IMG/VR virus record: IMGVR_UViG_3300045988_182866
Direction: 5' to 3' (one strand)
From: a virus
Length of the DNA stretch: 64,000 nucleotides
The position numbers and the translations under genes were made by a program. Below are positions 18,505 to 27,527 of the stretch, piece by piece. The notes under the pieces were generated by a model that saw only the letters and a list, made by a program, of their open reading frames with translations, searched no databases and was not told where the DNA came from. The number at the start of each line of letters is the position of its first letter. Position 1 is the first letter of the stretch.

Positions 18505-19455
18505 TTAGTTAAGATCAGCGGTTTGTCCATTCAAATAAGCTTCAAGCTCATTCAAGTCAACTTCAGTTGGTTCAGTTGGTTCAGTCGATTCAGAAGAACT
18601 AATTGTCTCAGTCTTGACTGGTTCTTCTCGAGTAAAAGAAGGAATCGGATCCATGCCAACAACAGAAGTAGGAGCAGAAATAGGAGCTACTTTAGCCGTA
18701 GTATCTGGATTAGCCCCCAAGAAAGTTGTCATAAACAACTTCTCAAGTTCAGAAACTTCCATATTTCGTTCAATAGCAGTCAAATCATGTGCTTGCTGAA
18801 GAATCGTATCAATATCAGCCTCACTCAAACCAAGATCACGCTTACGACGAACAAAAGTGGAAGATTTATAAGAAGTAAAATCACCTTGAGGTTCAGCATT
18901 AATATTAAGATTAATACCATCGGCAGAAAGGTCAAAAATTGCCTTCCTCATATCCTCAACATCAAATTCTTCAACAAATTTTTCCTTCTTCTTAGGATCA
19001 TCAGAACAAGCTTCTTCAATAATGTTCTGAAGTTGACGTCCGGCTTGAAGAATCTTAACCTTACCATTATTTTCAGGATTTACTGGATCATTTACAACAT
19101 AAACATTATAATACCAGGATTCCTTATAGTTAAGGCGCTTATCAACATCCTTAAACAAGGCTTCATTACCAGAATTCTTTACCTTAAAATAATATTCAGT
19201 AATAGGGCAAGCTTCGCCATAGGTGCGAGGAGAAAGAACATAAGTCCAGCGACCATCCTTAATAGACCTCCAAGAATACTGGAAAAAATGGAAAATAGAC
19301 TTATGATAGCCAGCACGTCCTTCCTTTACATAAGGAAGAAGACGAACAAGATATTCATTACCAGCTTTAAAAGAAAGCTTTTCAGTATAAAGGCCTTTTT
19401 TAGTATTAGAAGCAAAAAGTTCAGCCGAGGATTGGAAAAAATCATTTAGATTCAT
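18505..19455 (-). CDS. Single-stranded DNA-binding protein, T4 gp32-like.
   Basis: YYNVYVVNDPVNPENNGKVKIL matches the T4 gp32 segment ILVVKDPAAPENEGKVFKY. The acidic C-terminal tail has PTE repeats. Size is 316 aa. Confidence 0.7.
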   Translation of the reverse strand: MNLNDFFQSSAELFASNTKKGLYTEKLSFKAGNEYLVRLLPYVKEGRAGYHKSIFHFFQYSWRSIKDGRWTYVLSPRTYGEACPITEYYFKVKNSGNEALFKDVDKRLNYKESWYYNVYVVNDPVNPENNGKVKILQAGRQLQNIIEEACSDDPKKKEKFVEEFDVEDMRKAIFDLSADGINLNINAEPQGDFTSYKSSTFVRRKRDLGLSEADIDTILQQAHDLTAIERNMEVSELEKLFMTTFLGANPDTTAKVAPISAPTSVVGMDPIPSFTREEPVKTETISSSESTEPTEPTEVDLNELEAYLNGQTADLN

Positions 19456-19473
19456 AGATTTATTTTTTTTAAT

Positions 19474-20106
19474 TTAATTTTGTTTAATTTCGTTTAATTT
19501 ATTGCCAATATTTTTTAATCTTTTCGAATAATTGTATTGTCTTTGTGTTTCGAAGAACTTCTTTTTGAAATCCTCCAAGTATATATTTAATATCTCATCT
19601 TCATATAAGTCACTTAATTTCAAGTGAAAAGCATGTAAATGATATAATGAAATATATTGCTTCTTCAAATGAATCAGATATTGAAAAATACCTTTATCAT
19701 TTGTTATTTTCGGATAATCATGTAACTTAATTTTATTTTCTCGGACAAAATTAATAATAAACTTTAATCCTTCAATAAAATCATTTACCGATTCATCTGA
19801 ATCTATAAAAGTATTATACCGTTCTTTTATGAACTTTGAATAACTTTTAACCGCAATATAAGTATGAAAAAATCCTAAGTGAAGGTAGGTGTTCGTCAAA
19901 TTTGCAAAACCTGATTTAAAGAACAAATCCTCATTAATCTCTGGATTTCGTTGAAAGAAAAGATCTAACTTGACTAAATCAGTTTTTATATCATCAGAAA
20001 TATTAGAAAAGTCCTTCCGCTTATTATATGGTCTATTTTGACTTAGAGCTAAATGTTTAAGATATAAATTATAAATCTTTTGTTGATTTTCAGTTAATTC
20101 TTCCAT
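19474..20106 (-). CDS. Putative helicase-loading protein, gp59-like.
   Basis: It lies between the gp32 and gp41 homologs, as in T4. Its 210 aa, basic/aromatic pattern (KIYNLYLKH...RKD) resembles the gp59 N-terminus. Confidence 0.4.
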   Translation of the reverse strand: MEELTENQQKIYNLYLKHLALSQNRPYNKRKDFSNISDDIKTDLVKLDLFFQRNPEINEDLFFKSGFANLTNTYLHLGFFHTYIAVKSYSKFIKERYNTFIDSDESVNDFIEGLKFIINFVRENKIKLHDYPKITNDKGIFQYLIHLKKQYISLYHLHAFHLKLSDLYEDEILNIYLEDFKKKFFETQRQYNYSKRLKNIGNKLNEIKQN

Positions 20107-20368
20107 TCAAATATTGAAGTATCAATTTAGATTTTACTAAACTTGGATCAATTTCTAAAAGATATTTGCAAATCTCTATATCAGAGTCAAGTCCGGTAAT
20201 TTCCTTTGCTATATGATTAAATCGCTTGTCAGTTAAAACTAAAATAAAAACATTTTGAAAATTAATTTTCTTTCCGCTCATTAAAGTCAATAATGTAGCC
20301 AACTGATAAAGAGAATTAATTATTTCACTATCCTCTAAAGATAAAAGATCTGCATCATCTAAGCTCAT
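20090..20368 (-). CDS. Hypothetical small protein (92 aa).
   Basis: ORF track. Confidence 0.4.
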   Translation of the reverse strand: MSLDDADLLSLEDSEIINSLYQLATLLTLMSGKKINFQNVFILVLTDKRFNHIAKEITGLDSDIEICKYLLEIDPSLVKSKLILQYLNGRIN

Positions 20369-20373
20369 TTGTT

Positions 20374-21711
20374 TTAGTTATTATCTGAAACTAAAAATGC
20401 CGATAAAGAATCTTCTACAGTTTCTTCTAAAGTAGATTTATATGATCCTTCTTGCTCCAAATCTTCAATTTTTAAAGTATCGTATGCTATTTTCATTACT
20501 ATACTAAAATCTACAGGACCATATCTATTCTTGGCAAAACCTAATCTGATAAAATTCATTACCGAATCTTCTTCATTCTTAAAAATTTCCCAAATAACAT
20601 CTGCAGTCGCAGAAACACCTGTTGATTCAGAAATAGAGTTCAATCCACTCATTTTTTTACCATCTGCGCTGCGATTTTGCTGGGTCAATGACACTACTGG
20701 CGCCGATAACCAATAACTTAACGCTCTTGTATGTTCAGCAATTCCTTTAAGTTTTTCATATAGATTATTGCCAGGTCCATCAAAAAGATTAATATAATCG
20801 ATACAAAGTGCATCAATTTTTATTCCTTTTTCTACTATATGCTTTTTAATCCATCCCTTTAATTCAGGAACAGTAATAGTTGACGGTGGAAATTCTTTAA
20901 TAATAATCTTTCCTGGCTTATTCTTCATCTTTTCCTTCACTTCATCTGTTCTCAAATGCAGCTCAGCAAATGGAATTGCTGTTTGTTGAGAACAAAAGCG
21001 AGAAGCGTAAGCTAATTCTGACATTTCAAGAGTAATGAGGAGAACTGTCTTTCCCTGATTGGCAATATTACATGCAATATTTCCTAAAAATAATGATTTA
21101 CCCTTATTCGGAGGAGCCATAAACAAATATAAAGCTTTTCCATCTTCATAAAAGCCTCCATCAATATACTTGTCCAAAGATTTAAATCCGGTAGAAATAG
21201 TTCTCTTCTTTTCCTTTAATGCAGTAAGGATATTACCAATATCTTCATATAAATCTAACCCTTTTTCATTATCAAGGGTAATATTGCAAACCTGTTCAAA
21301 CTTTTCAAGAACTTTAGAAGAATTAATTTCTCCTTTTTCCAATTCTCCGGCAACAGAGATCATAGTTTGAATAATTCCGCGTTCCTTAATGAATCTTTCT
21401 GCAGATTTCAGGAATAAATCTTTATCCATTCCTTCATAGTCAATATGTTCAATCTCATTAAAGACAGAATCTATTGCATGTTTATATTCTTTCTTGTTCA
21501 AGAAGAGAATAAGCTCATCTTTCGTCGGTAATTTTTCTCTTTTTTCAAAGAAAAACTTATAAAAATTAACAACTAAAGCATAATTCTCATTTTTAAAAAA
21601 TAATTTTGGATTTGTTAAGAACCTTCCCAAAGTTGATAAGACCATTACATCAGAAACAATACCCTTAACAAGAAAAGGTTCAAAATCGTCTAAATCAAAC
21701 TTTTCAAACAT
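20374..21711 (-). CDS. Replicative DNA helicase, DnaB family (T4 gp41-like).
   Basis: Walker A reads FMAPPNKGKSLF. DnaB-like motifs (IDYINLF, TQQNR) are present. Size is 445 aa. Confidence 0.85.
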   Translation of the reverse strand: MFEKFDLDDFEPFLVKGIVSDVMVLSTLGRFLTNPKLFFKNENYALVVNFYKFFFEKREKLPTKDELILFLNKKEYKHAIDSVFNEIEHIDYEGMDKDLFLKSAERFIKERGIIQTMISVAGELEKGEINSSKVLEKFEQVCNITLDNEKGLDLYEDIGNILTALKEKKRTISTGFKSLDKYIDGGFYEDGKALYLFMAPPNKGKSLFLGNIACNIANQGKTVLLITLEMSELAYASRFCSQQTAIPFAELHLRTDEVKEKMKNKPGKIIIKEFPPSTITVPELKGWIKKHIVEKGIKIDALCIDYINLFDGPGNNLYEKLKGIAEHTRALSYWLSAPVVSLTQQNRSADGKKMSGLNSISESTGVSATADVIWEIFKNEEDSVMNFIRLGFAKNRYGPVDFSIVMKIAYDTLKIEDLEQEGSYKSTLEETVEDSLSAFLVSDNN

Positions 21712-21750
21712 TGTTATTCCATTTTATTTTAGTCCTGAAAAAAGATAAGT

Positions 21751-21764
21751 GCACCTATAGGTGC
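21751..21764. promoter_or_regulatory. Perfect 14-bp GC-rich palindrome GCACCTATAGGTGC in a divergent promoter region; candidate operator.
   Basis: It sits in a 76-bp gap between divergently transcribed genes 20374..21711(-) and 21788..24316(+). It is the only GC-rich element in that gap. Confidence 0.3.
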
Positions 21765-21787
21765 TCAATACTCAATAAATACCATAA

Positions 21788-24316
21788 ATGATTAAGATAG
21801 ATACTTATCGAGATTTAATGACCCGCCCAATTTTGGAGGCATTAATTGAAAAAAGAAAAACAAAAAGCGATGAAACTGAGCAGCGTCCAGTAGTTAATAC
21901 TCGAACTAAGCTGGAAAATCGCGGAAAAGGCGAAGAAAGCTCTTATGTATTTGATTTACCCGAAAAATCAACCTTTAGAAATACTGCCGGAAGAGGATTG
22001 CTTGAATTAGCTGCAGATGAGCAGGATGTTCAATATATGATTGCTCAAATTACTCTTTCTAACTTAGGCCTTATTCCTAAAGTTTATCGCTCCAGGAGAA
22101 TTAACGTTAATCCATCTAATGTTTCCAAGATTAATAAGATTAAAACTCTCCTTACTCAATTATTTTCTCATACCGTTTTAGATGATGATGCTCCTGCCGG
22201 GGTCCTTAAGACACTTTTGGCCAATCCTAAAATGGAAATTGACAATAAAGTTGGCTTTAATACTTTTGATTTGCTTAATCGAGTTAAAAGTTGGGACCAG
22301 GTTCTTGACAATTTAAAGAAAAATGTAGCCCGTAGCATTGCAGGTTTATCGGGAAGAGCAGAAAAAACCCATAAAATCTCTCAAGACTTCCATGATCGTA
22401 TTGGTAAAGCTGATTGGAGTGATACTGTAGATGCCCCCCAAACTGTTGCTGATGTAGCTAAAAATATTTTTGGTGAATCTGTTGATGAAATTCCTGAAAC
22501 ATTGACTCAAGAGGAAAAAGAAAAGATGTTTGTTAATGCTTACTCTATTCTTAAACCTCTTTATGAAGCTGCTTCCAAATCCGGATTAAGTCCTGCCGGC
22601 TATCTTAAATTCCAGCAAAACCTCGACCGAGTTGCCGGGGCACTTAAAACTAATGAAATCAGCAAATATATCAATGAAATTGAGGCAAAGCGTCAACCAA
22701 GAACAGTTGAGGACTATAAAGATGTCTTAATTGAAGCATTAGCACGAGCCGTTAGGGGCGATGATTCCAAAATGCAGGTTAGTAATCTTATTTCCAAGCA
22801 AGCTACTACCGCTTTACGCTGGTTAACTCGGCATTTAACCAAACTTGGCTATACTGGCGGTTTAAAGATTGCTAATGTTCTCGATTATATTAAAAATGGG
22901 GATGATGAATATGCTAATGATGCCCGTTATTATCTGGAAAACATCTATAATATTACTCCGGATCAATTAACTGTACAAAATTTCCCATCCTTTAAAAAGT
23001 TTGTTAATACTTTATATCAAAACTTTGAAAAAGTAATGGGTTCTTATAAAGCTCTTAAAGATCGCCCAAAAGCATCTCAACGCCTTAATCTTAAAAATCC
23101 TGATAAGCCGATGGTTACTGACCGAAAAGGCGGTATCGGCCAATCTATCCCGGCTATTAAAAAATCTATCGAAGCTTCAGAAAAACTTCTGGCTAATTTT
23201 GATGAAAAAAATGAGCGGTTACAAAAGGCTATTGAATTCGATAAAGAATGGAAAGCTGGTAAAGCTAAGATGTATGTAGCCGTTACTGCCGGTACCCTTG
23301 GCTTGGGAGGTCGAACTGATACTTCTCCTGTAATTGAATTTGGCGAAGTAACTCGGCCAGAACTTAACAAGATGACCGCCGATAACCTTGCTAATGGTTA
23401 TATTGATCTTGTTACTCCAAAATATAAAGAAGCATATAAAAATCTTCTTGAATCTGATCCTGAATTACCTAAAAAGATTAGGAATCACATTATTAAGCAG
23501 AAGAATGTTGCTCCTAGCAAAGTTGCTAACCAACTTCGATTTGACCTTGGCAAAACTTTGAATAAAGACGGCTCTTCTAACCGTCAATGGTATATTGATC
23601 GAATCAATAAGTTTAAAGAACAACTTGCCGCTGTTTCTGGAAAAAAAGTTGAAAAAGAAACTGTCGAACGTAAGAAGCTTTCCGATTTCTCCGATGAAGG
23701 AGTTGAGGGTGATATTGATATGCCTTATACAATCTTTAAAGTTGATGAAACAGCTCCTCGCCTTATTAGCCCAATTATTGTTGCCCTCAAGAAAACACTT
23801 GAAAAATATAATGCAACAGTTGACTGGTCTACTAACTTTGAAGATGAAGAAGGATATATTACTATCTATTATCCGGAAAATGGCAAGTTCTTTAATGCTA
23901 AAGATCCTAAAAAGCTTGTCGAAGACCTTCGTAAATCTATTCAAACCATGGCAGCTCGCCTTGGATATGATTATGTAGATATTACAACTTATTCTTATGA
24001 ATTTGCTAAAGACCAATATGATTCTTCCGGATTTGTAATACCTCAAGATGATGAAGATTCCGAAGAAGATATTGAAATAAACAATGATAGTGAATCAGCT
24101 GAAATAGAATCTGAATTTGAAAGTGAAGATGAAGAAGAAACTGATGATCCTCTTGTATCGATGGCGCTTGATGCAATCGAACATAAAAAAGATGATTGCG
24201 AATCTGCCTCTAAAAAACCTGTTAAACGAGAAGTAAAATTCATTCCCAATAAGGACAGATACCCTAGGGAACGAATTCAAAATCAATGGCGAAAGAGCTA
24301 TTTCTGGAACCAATAA
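21788..24316 (+). CDS. Large hypothetical protein with an acidic D/E/S-rich C-terminal tail (842 aa).
   Basis: Long ORF of complex composition. The C-terminus is DEDSEEDIEINNDSESAEIESEFESEDEEETDD. Confidence 0.6.
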   Translation: MIKIDTYRDLMTRPILEALIEKRKTKSDETEQRPVVNTRTKLENRGKGEESSYVFDLPEKSTFRNTAGRGLLELAADEQDVQYMIAQITLSNLGLIPKVYRSRRINVNPSNVSKINKIKTLLTQLFSHTVLDDDAPAGVLKTLLANPKMEIDNKVGFNTFDLLNRVKSWDQVLDNLKKNVARSIAGLSGRAEKTHKISQDFHDRIGKADWSDTVDAPQTVADVAKNIFGESVDEIPETLTQEEKEKMFVNAYSILKPLYEAASKSGLSPAGYLKFQQNLDRVAGALKTNEISKYINEIEAKRQPRTVEDYKDVLIEALARAVRGDDSKMQVSNLISKQATTALRWLTRHLTKLGYTGGLKIANVLDYIKNGDDEYANDARYYLENIYNITPDQLTVQNFPSFKKFVNTLYQNFEKVMGSYKALKDRPKASQRLNLKNPDKPMVTDRKGGIGQSIPAIKKSIEASEKLLANFDEKNERLQKAIEFDKEWKAGKAKMYVAVTAGTLGLGGRTDTSPVIEFGEVTRPELNKMTADNLANGYIDLVTPKYKEAYKNLLESDPELPKKIRNHIIKQKNVAPSKVANQLRFDLGKTLNKDGSSNRQWYIDRINKFKEQLAAVSGKKVEKETVERKKLSDFSDEGVEGDIDMPYTIFKVDETAPRLISPIIVALKKTLEKYNATVDWSTNFEDEEGYITIYYPENGKFFNAKDPKKLVEDLRKSIQTMAARLGYDYVDITTYSYEFAKDQYDSSGFVIPQDDEDSEEDIEINNDSESAEIESEFESEDEEETDDPLVSMALDAIEHKKDDCESASKKPVKREVKFIPNKDRYPRERIQNQWRKSYFWNQ

Positions 24317-24333
24317 TTAATAAAGCTAAATTG

Positions 24334-24366
24334 AAAAACCCGAAGGATTAAATCCTTCGGGTTTTT
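24334..24366. terminator. Bidirectional rho-independent terminator between convergent genes.
   Basis: AAACCCGAAGGA-TTAAA-TCCTTCGGGTTT has A and T runs on its two sides. It is nearly identical to the element at 44600-44632. Confidence 0.7.
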
Positions 24367-24394
24367 CTTTTGTCAATATTTCATAAAAATATTC

Positions 24395-25177
24395 TTAACC
24401 TAAATATGGCCGGCAATAATCATAATTATTAGAGTCTGCTTGGTTAGGCATCTCAGGATCACCTGCACAACCAGGACATTGAAGGACTCCAGAACATCCA
24501 GAACACATTATTACTTCTGAGTTCTCATTTCCTCCCTCACAGTCACAATCTTGACATTCACTTTCTTCAGCACAAGTAGTAGAAATATCTTCTTCACAGT
24601 CACAATATTCACTGGCTAAGAAGAAAAGCTTAGAATCATTATACTTCAGCCATTCGTTATATTCATTCATACTGAATAAGTCTTGGTCTACATTCTTAAA
24701 ATATTCAGTAAACTTCTTATCAGTAATATCTTTGCCATAAGAAAGGCATGGAAATCTAAGGCTGAAATAGACATCCTGAAACTTAACACCATAATCATTT
24801 GCCTGCTTCTTAATTAAATCAATAATATCAGAAGAAATTCCTTCATACCAGGAATCAACAGCTACAGTGACTGTAAGCTTATTATAATTATACCGATGTC
24901 CTTTTCCGTTAGGTTCCAAAACAGTTTGTGTTCCTGTATTGAAATCCACATAAACTACATGAGGTTTCTTAATACTACAAAGTCGCTTCGATTCATATTC
25001 ACGACGATTTTCTGTATAATCAAGCTTAAAACCCCGCTTTTTAAGTGCCTCATCTTCTACAAGAAATGTAATGCTGGATGGATGCTTTTCATAAATTTCT
25101 CCACCCAAAAATTCACACATTTCAATGGCCTTGTTCAGGTCATCACTACAATCAAGTTTTTTCGTTACAAAAATCAT
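24395..25177 (-). CDS. Hypothetical protein with a Cys-rich (CxxC-type) metal-binding C-terminus (260 aa).
   Basis: The C-terminal 70 aa contain about 14 Cys in CDC, CSGCSG and CPGCAG-type motifs. Confidence 0.5.
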   Translation of the reverse strand: MIFVTKKLDCSDDLNKAIEMCEFLGGEIYEKHPSSITFLVEDEALKKRGFKLDYTENRREYESKRLCSIKKPHVVYVDFNTGTQTVLEPNGKGHRYNYNKLTVTVAVDSWYEGISSDIIDLIKKQANDYGVKFQDVYFSLRFPCLSYGKDITDKKFTEYFKNVDQDLFSMNEYNEWLKYNDSKLFFLASEYCDCEEDISTTCAEESECQDCDCEGGNENSEVIMCSGCSGVLQCPGCAGDPEMPNQADSNNYDYCRPYLG

Positions 25178-25182
25178 ATAAA

Positions 25183-26295
25183 TTATTCTTCAATTAATTC
25201 TTCTTCAGTTTCTTCCTCTGGAATATCATGGGCTGAATAACCCCATGCTTCAGGTAAGCGTCGTTCAATTTCAGGATAAATTTTTTCATCCCAAAGCTCT
25301 TTCTTCTTTCGGAAAGCTTTAGCATAACCAAGAGATGTTCCGTCATAAAGATCATAAACACTTCCCCGACGTTCGATAACACCAAGGTTGATTGCTAATT
25401 CAAGTGTTCCATATTCTTCATCCAAACCAGTCTTCCAGCTAAGGTACATAGAACCCTCAATCATTGGACGAATGAAACGATTCTTAACACACATACAACG
25501 CATTTCAATACCAGCAATTCCCTTACCAACTTCATCCTTTTCACCAGAATCTTTTTCTTTAAGATTCTTTTTAGCAAGCTGGACAACTACAGAAGGAAGA
25601 TAACGGCAAGCTTTGCCGCCATTCATGCACTTAACCAAATCTGGGTACATTTCATTTGGATTATCATAAATATGGTTAGTAACCACAAATGTAGTTTTGG
25701 TTAAGCCCCCGTATGTTGTACAAGTTTTCAATAAAGATTTAATTGCCTTTGCAATTGTACCCATATCTGCGGAAGTAGAATCTTTATCCATTCTCTTTGT
25801 TTCCATTTCAGAAAGCATATTTGCAAGAGAATCAATAACTACAAGAAACTTTCCTTCCATGTGTGTTTCTTCAATCTTTTGAAGAAGAGCAAAAATTGCA
25901 TTTCGAACTTGCTCAATGGATTTAGCTGGGAAATACTTAATCTTCTTTGGATCGGCTCCAAGAGATTCAACCATTCTAGCATCAATAGCATTTTCAGTAT
26001 CGAATACTACAGTATACATTCCCATTTTCTGAGCATTTCCCACAATTTTTTGAGCGATAAAGCTCTTACCAGATGCGCTTTCCCCGGCTAAAAGGGTTAC
26101 GCGCCCTTTTGGAATTCCTCCATATAATGATCCAGAAATTACTGCGTTAAGCATCTTGCTTCCTGTATCAATCCACTCATCTACATTAGAAAGAGTGGAT
26201 TGATCTAAGAAAGAAGAATAAGGACTATAATCATCCAATACATCAAAAACTTTTGATGCAAGTTTATTAATATCAACTTTTTCTTCTTCTGCCAT
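25183..26295 (-). CDS. uvsX: UvsX/RecA-family recombinase.
   Basis: Walker A reads GESASGKS. The VVIDSLANM and TNHIYD segments parallel the T4 UvsX segments FIDSLGNL and INHTYE. Confidence 0.85.
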   Translation of the reverse strand: MAEEEKVDINKLASKVFDVLDDYSPYSSFLDQSTLSNVDEWIDTGSKMLNAVISGSLYGGIPKGRVTLLAGESASGKSFIAQKIVGNAQKMGMYTVVFDTENAIDARMVESLGADPKKIKYFPAKSIEQVRNAIFALLQKIEETHMEGKFLVVIDSLANMLSEMETKRMDKDSTSADMGTIAKAIKSLLKTCTTYGGLTKTTFVVTNHIYDNPNEMYPDLVKCMNGGKACRYLPSVVVQLAKKNLKEKDSGEKDEVGKGIAGIEMRCMCVKNRFIRPMIEGSMYLSWKTGLDEEYGTLELAINLGVIERRGSVYDLYDGTSLGYAKAFRKKKELWDEKIYPEIERRLPEAWGYSAHDIPEEETEEELIEE

Positions 26296-26297
26296 AA

Positions 26298-26624
26298 TTA
26301 AAGACTTTGAGTAATTTCCTTATACTGCTTAACAAGCGGAGATTCTTGATTTTCAGTAATCATATGAGGAAACTTACTAAGTTTATCGATACTCAATTCA
26401 AAGTCATTCCCAAGATATTCTTTAAAGAGGTAAGGTACAAGATCTACCTTAAACTTAGTCTTAGCAGCCCGAGGGTCATTAGGATTACAAGGAGCCCCAT
26501 CTTCTGTAACCGTATATTGCATATTAACAATCATATACGGATTTTCAATTATCTTTTCAGAAGAATTAAGAACCCCAACAGATGTTACTCCTCCATCTAC
26601 CCAAATATAATATTGATTTTCCAT
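26298..26624 (-). CDS. Hypothetical protein (108 aa).
   Basis: ORF track, tightly packed between uvsX and the H1-like gene. Confidence 0.45.
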   Translation of the reverse strand: MENQYYIWVDGGVTSVGVLNSSEKIIENPYMIVNMQYTVTEDGAPCNPNDPRAAKTKFKVDLVPYLFKEYLGNDFELSIDKLSKFPHMITENQESPLVKQYKEITQSL

Positions 26625-26636
26625 TTTTTATTAAAT

Positions 26637-27446
26637 TTAATTTTGTTCTGATTTTTTATTGGTGCCAGTTTTTGTTGATTTTCGAGCAGTGGCAGCTTTT
26701 CTAGTATTAGCCGAAGATGTACTTTTCTTTTTAGCAGAAGTTGTTTTTGCTTTAGCTTTGGCCTTTTCAGCCTCAGCTTGTTTCTTTGCTGTTTCAGCTA
26801 ATTGTTTTTTAATTTCTGCTTCGATTGCTTCAAGATCTTCTTCCTCTTCTATTTCATCTTCAGGCGCAGCTTCATTTTTTAAATTATCCATTGGATCTGG
26901 ATCATTATATTCCGGAATGCCAAATGCAGACTTAGGAATTGGCTTGGGCTTTGCCATATGATGAATTCGAAGCGGCTTAGGTTCTTCTTCCTTGGGTTGC
27001 TCCTCTTCATTATCTTTTCCATAAGGAATTCTACGATATAAGAATGTATCAATAATAGAACCTCTCTTTAATTCTAAATCTTGTTCAATACCGAGCCAAA
27101 ATTTACAAAAGGTAGCTTCAATATTAATTCTAGAAGGAGCAATATTACAATAAGATTTCATAACAGCAAATGCCTTAGCTACATATTTCATTGCAATATT
27201 CAAGAATTTACAATAATCCGGAAGAGGGGGAAGAGCTTTAAATTCATCAATTCTGGCATATAATGCTAATTTTAATCTGTTCTCAAAATCATCAAGAACA
27301 AATTTAACTCCCGCCTGATAACCTTTTTGATAAGACTCATCAATCTTTTGCTGAAGATGATAATAAAATGGAGTTCCCGGAATAGGATTTCCATTTGAGT
27401 CAAAGAAATTTTCTCCGGTTAATGACGATTTATGAAGTAAACTCAT
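26637..27446 (-). CDS. Protein with a histone H1/Hc1-like Lys/Ala-rich C-terminal tail; putative DNA-binding protein.
   Basis: The C-terminus reads KKQAEAEKAKAKAKTTSAKKKSTSSANTRKAATARKSTKTGTNKK and is preceded by an acidic linker. Confidence 0.5.
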   Translation of the reverse strand: MSLLHKSSLTGENFFDSNGNPIPGTPFYYHLQQKIDESYQKGYQAGVKFVLDDFENRLKLALYARIDEFKALPPLPDYCKFLNIAMKYVAKAFAVMKSYCNIAPSRINIEATFCKFWLGIEQDLELKRGSIIDTFLYRRIPYGKDNEEEQPKEEEPKPLRIHHMAKPKPIPKSAFGIPEYNDPDPMDNLKNEAAPEDEIEEEEDLEAIEAEIKKQLAETAKKQAEAEKAKAKAKTTSAKKKSTSSANTRKAATARKSTKTGTNKKSEQN

Positions 27447-27527
27447 ATGATTTATTATACTCTAAACATTAACTTTTTCAATTATTTCTTTTATTAAAGT
27501 TTTCTTTTGTAAATCGTTTTGACATTA

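Noticed and set aside
18523-19449. 308-aa plus-strand ORF in the ORF track.
   Set aside because: It is fully antisense to the clear gp32 SSB homolog. Its product is junk-like and low-complexity (SWFSWFSRFRR...), so it is spurious.
23465-24046. 193-aa minus-strand ORF, and the other small antisense ORFs inside large genes (for example 890..1129, 17537..17809, 31776..32108, 45022..45351).
   Set aside because: Each is antisense within a well-supported long gene, with AT-rich codon-bias artefacts and I/F/L/K-rich products. No independent support exists.
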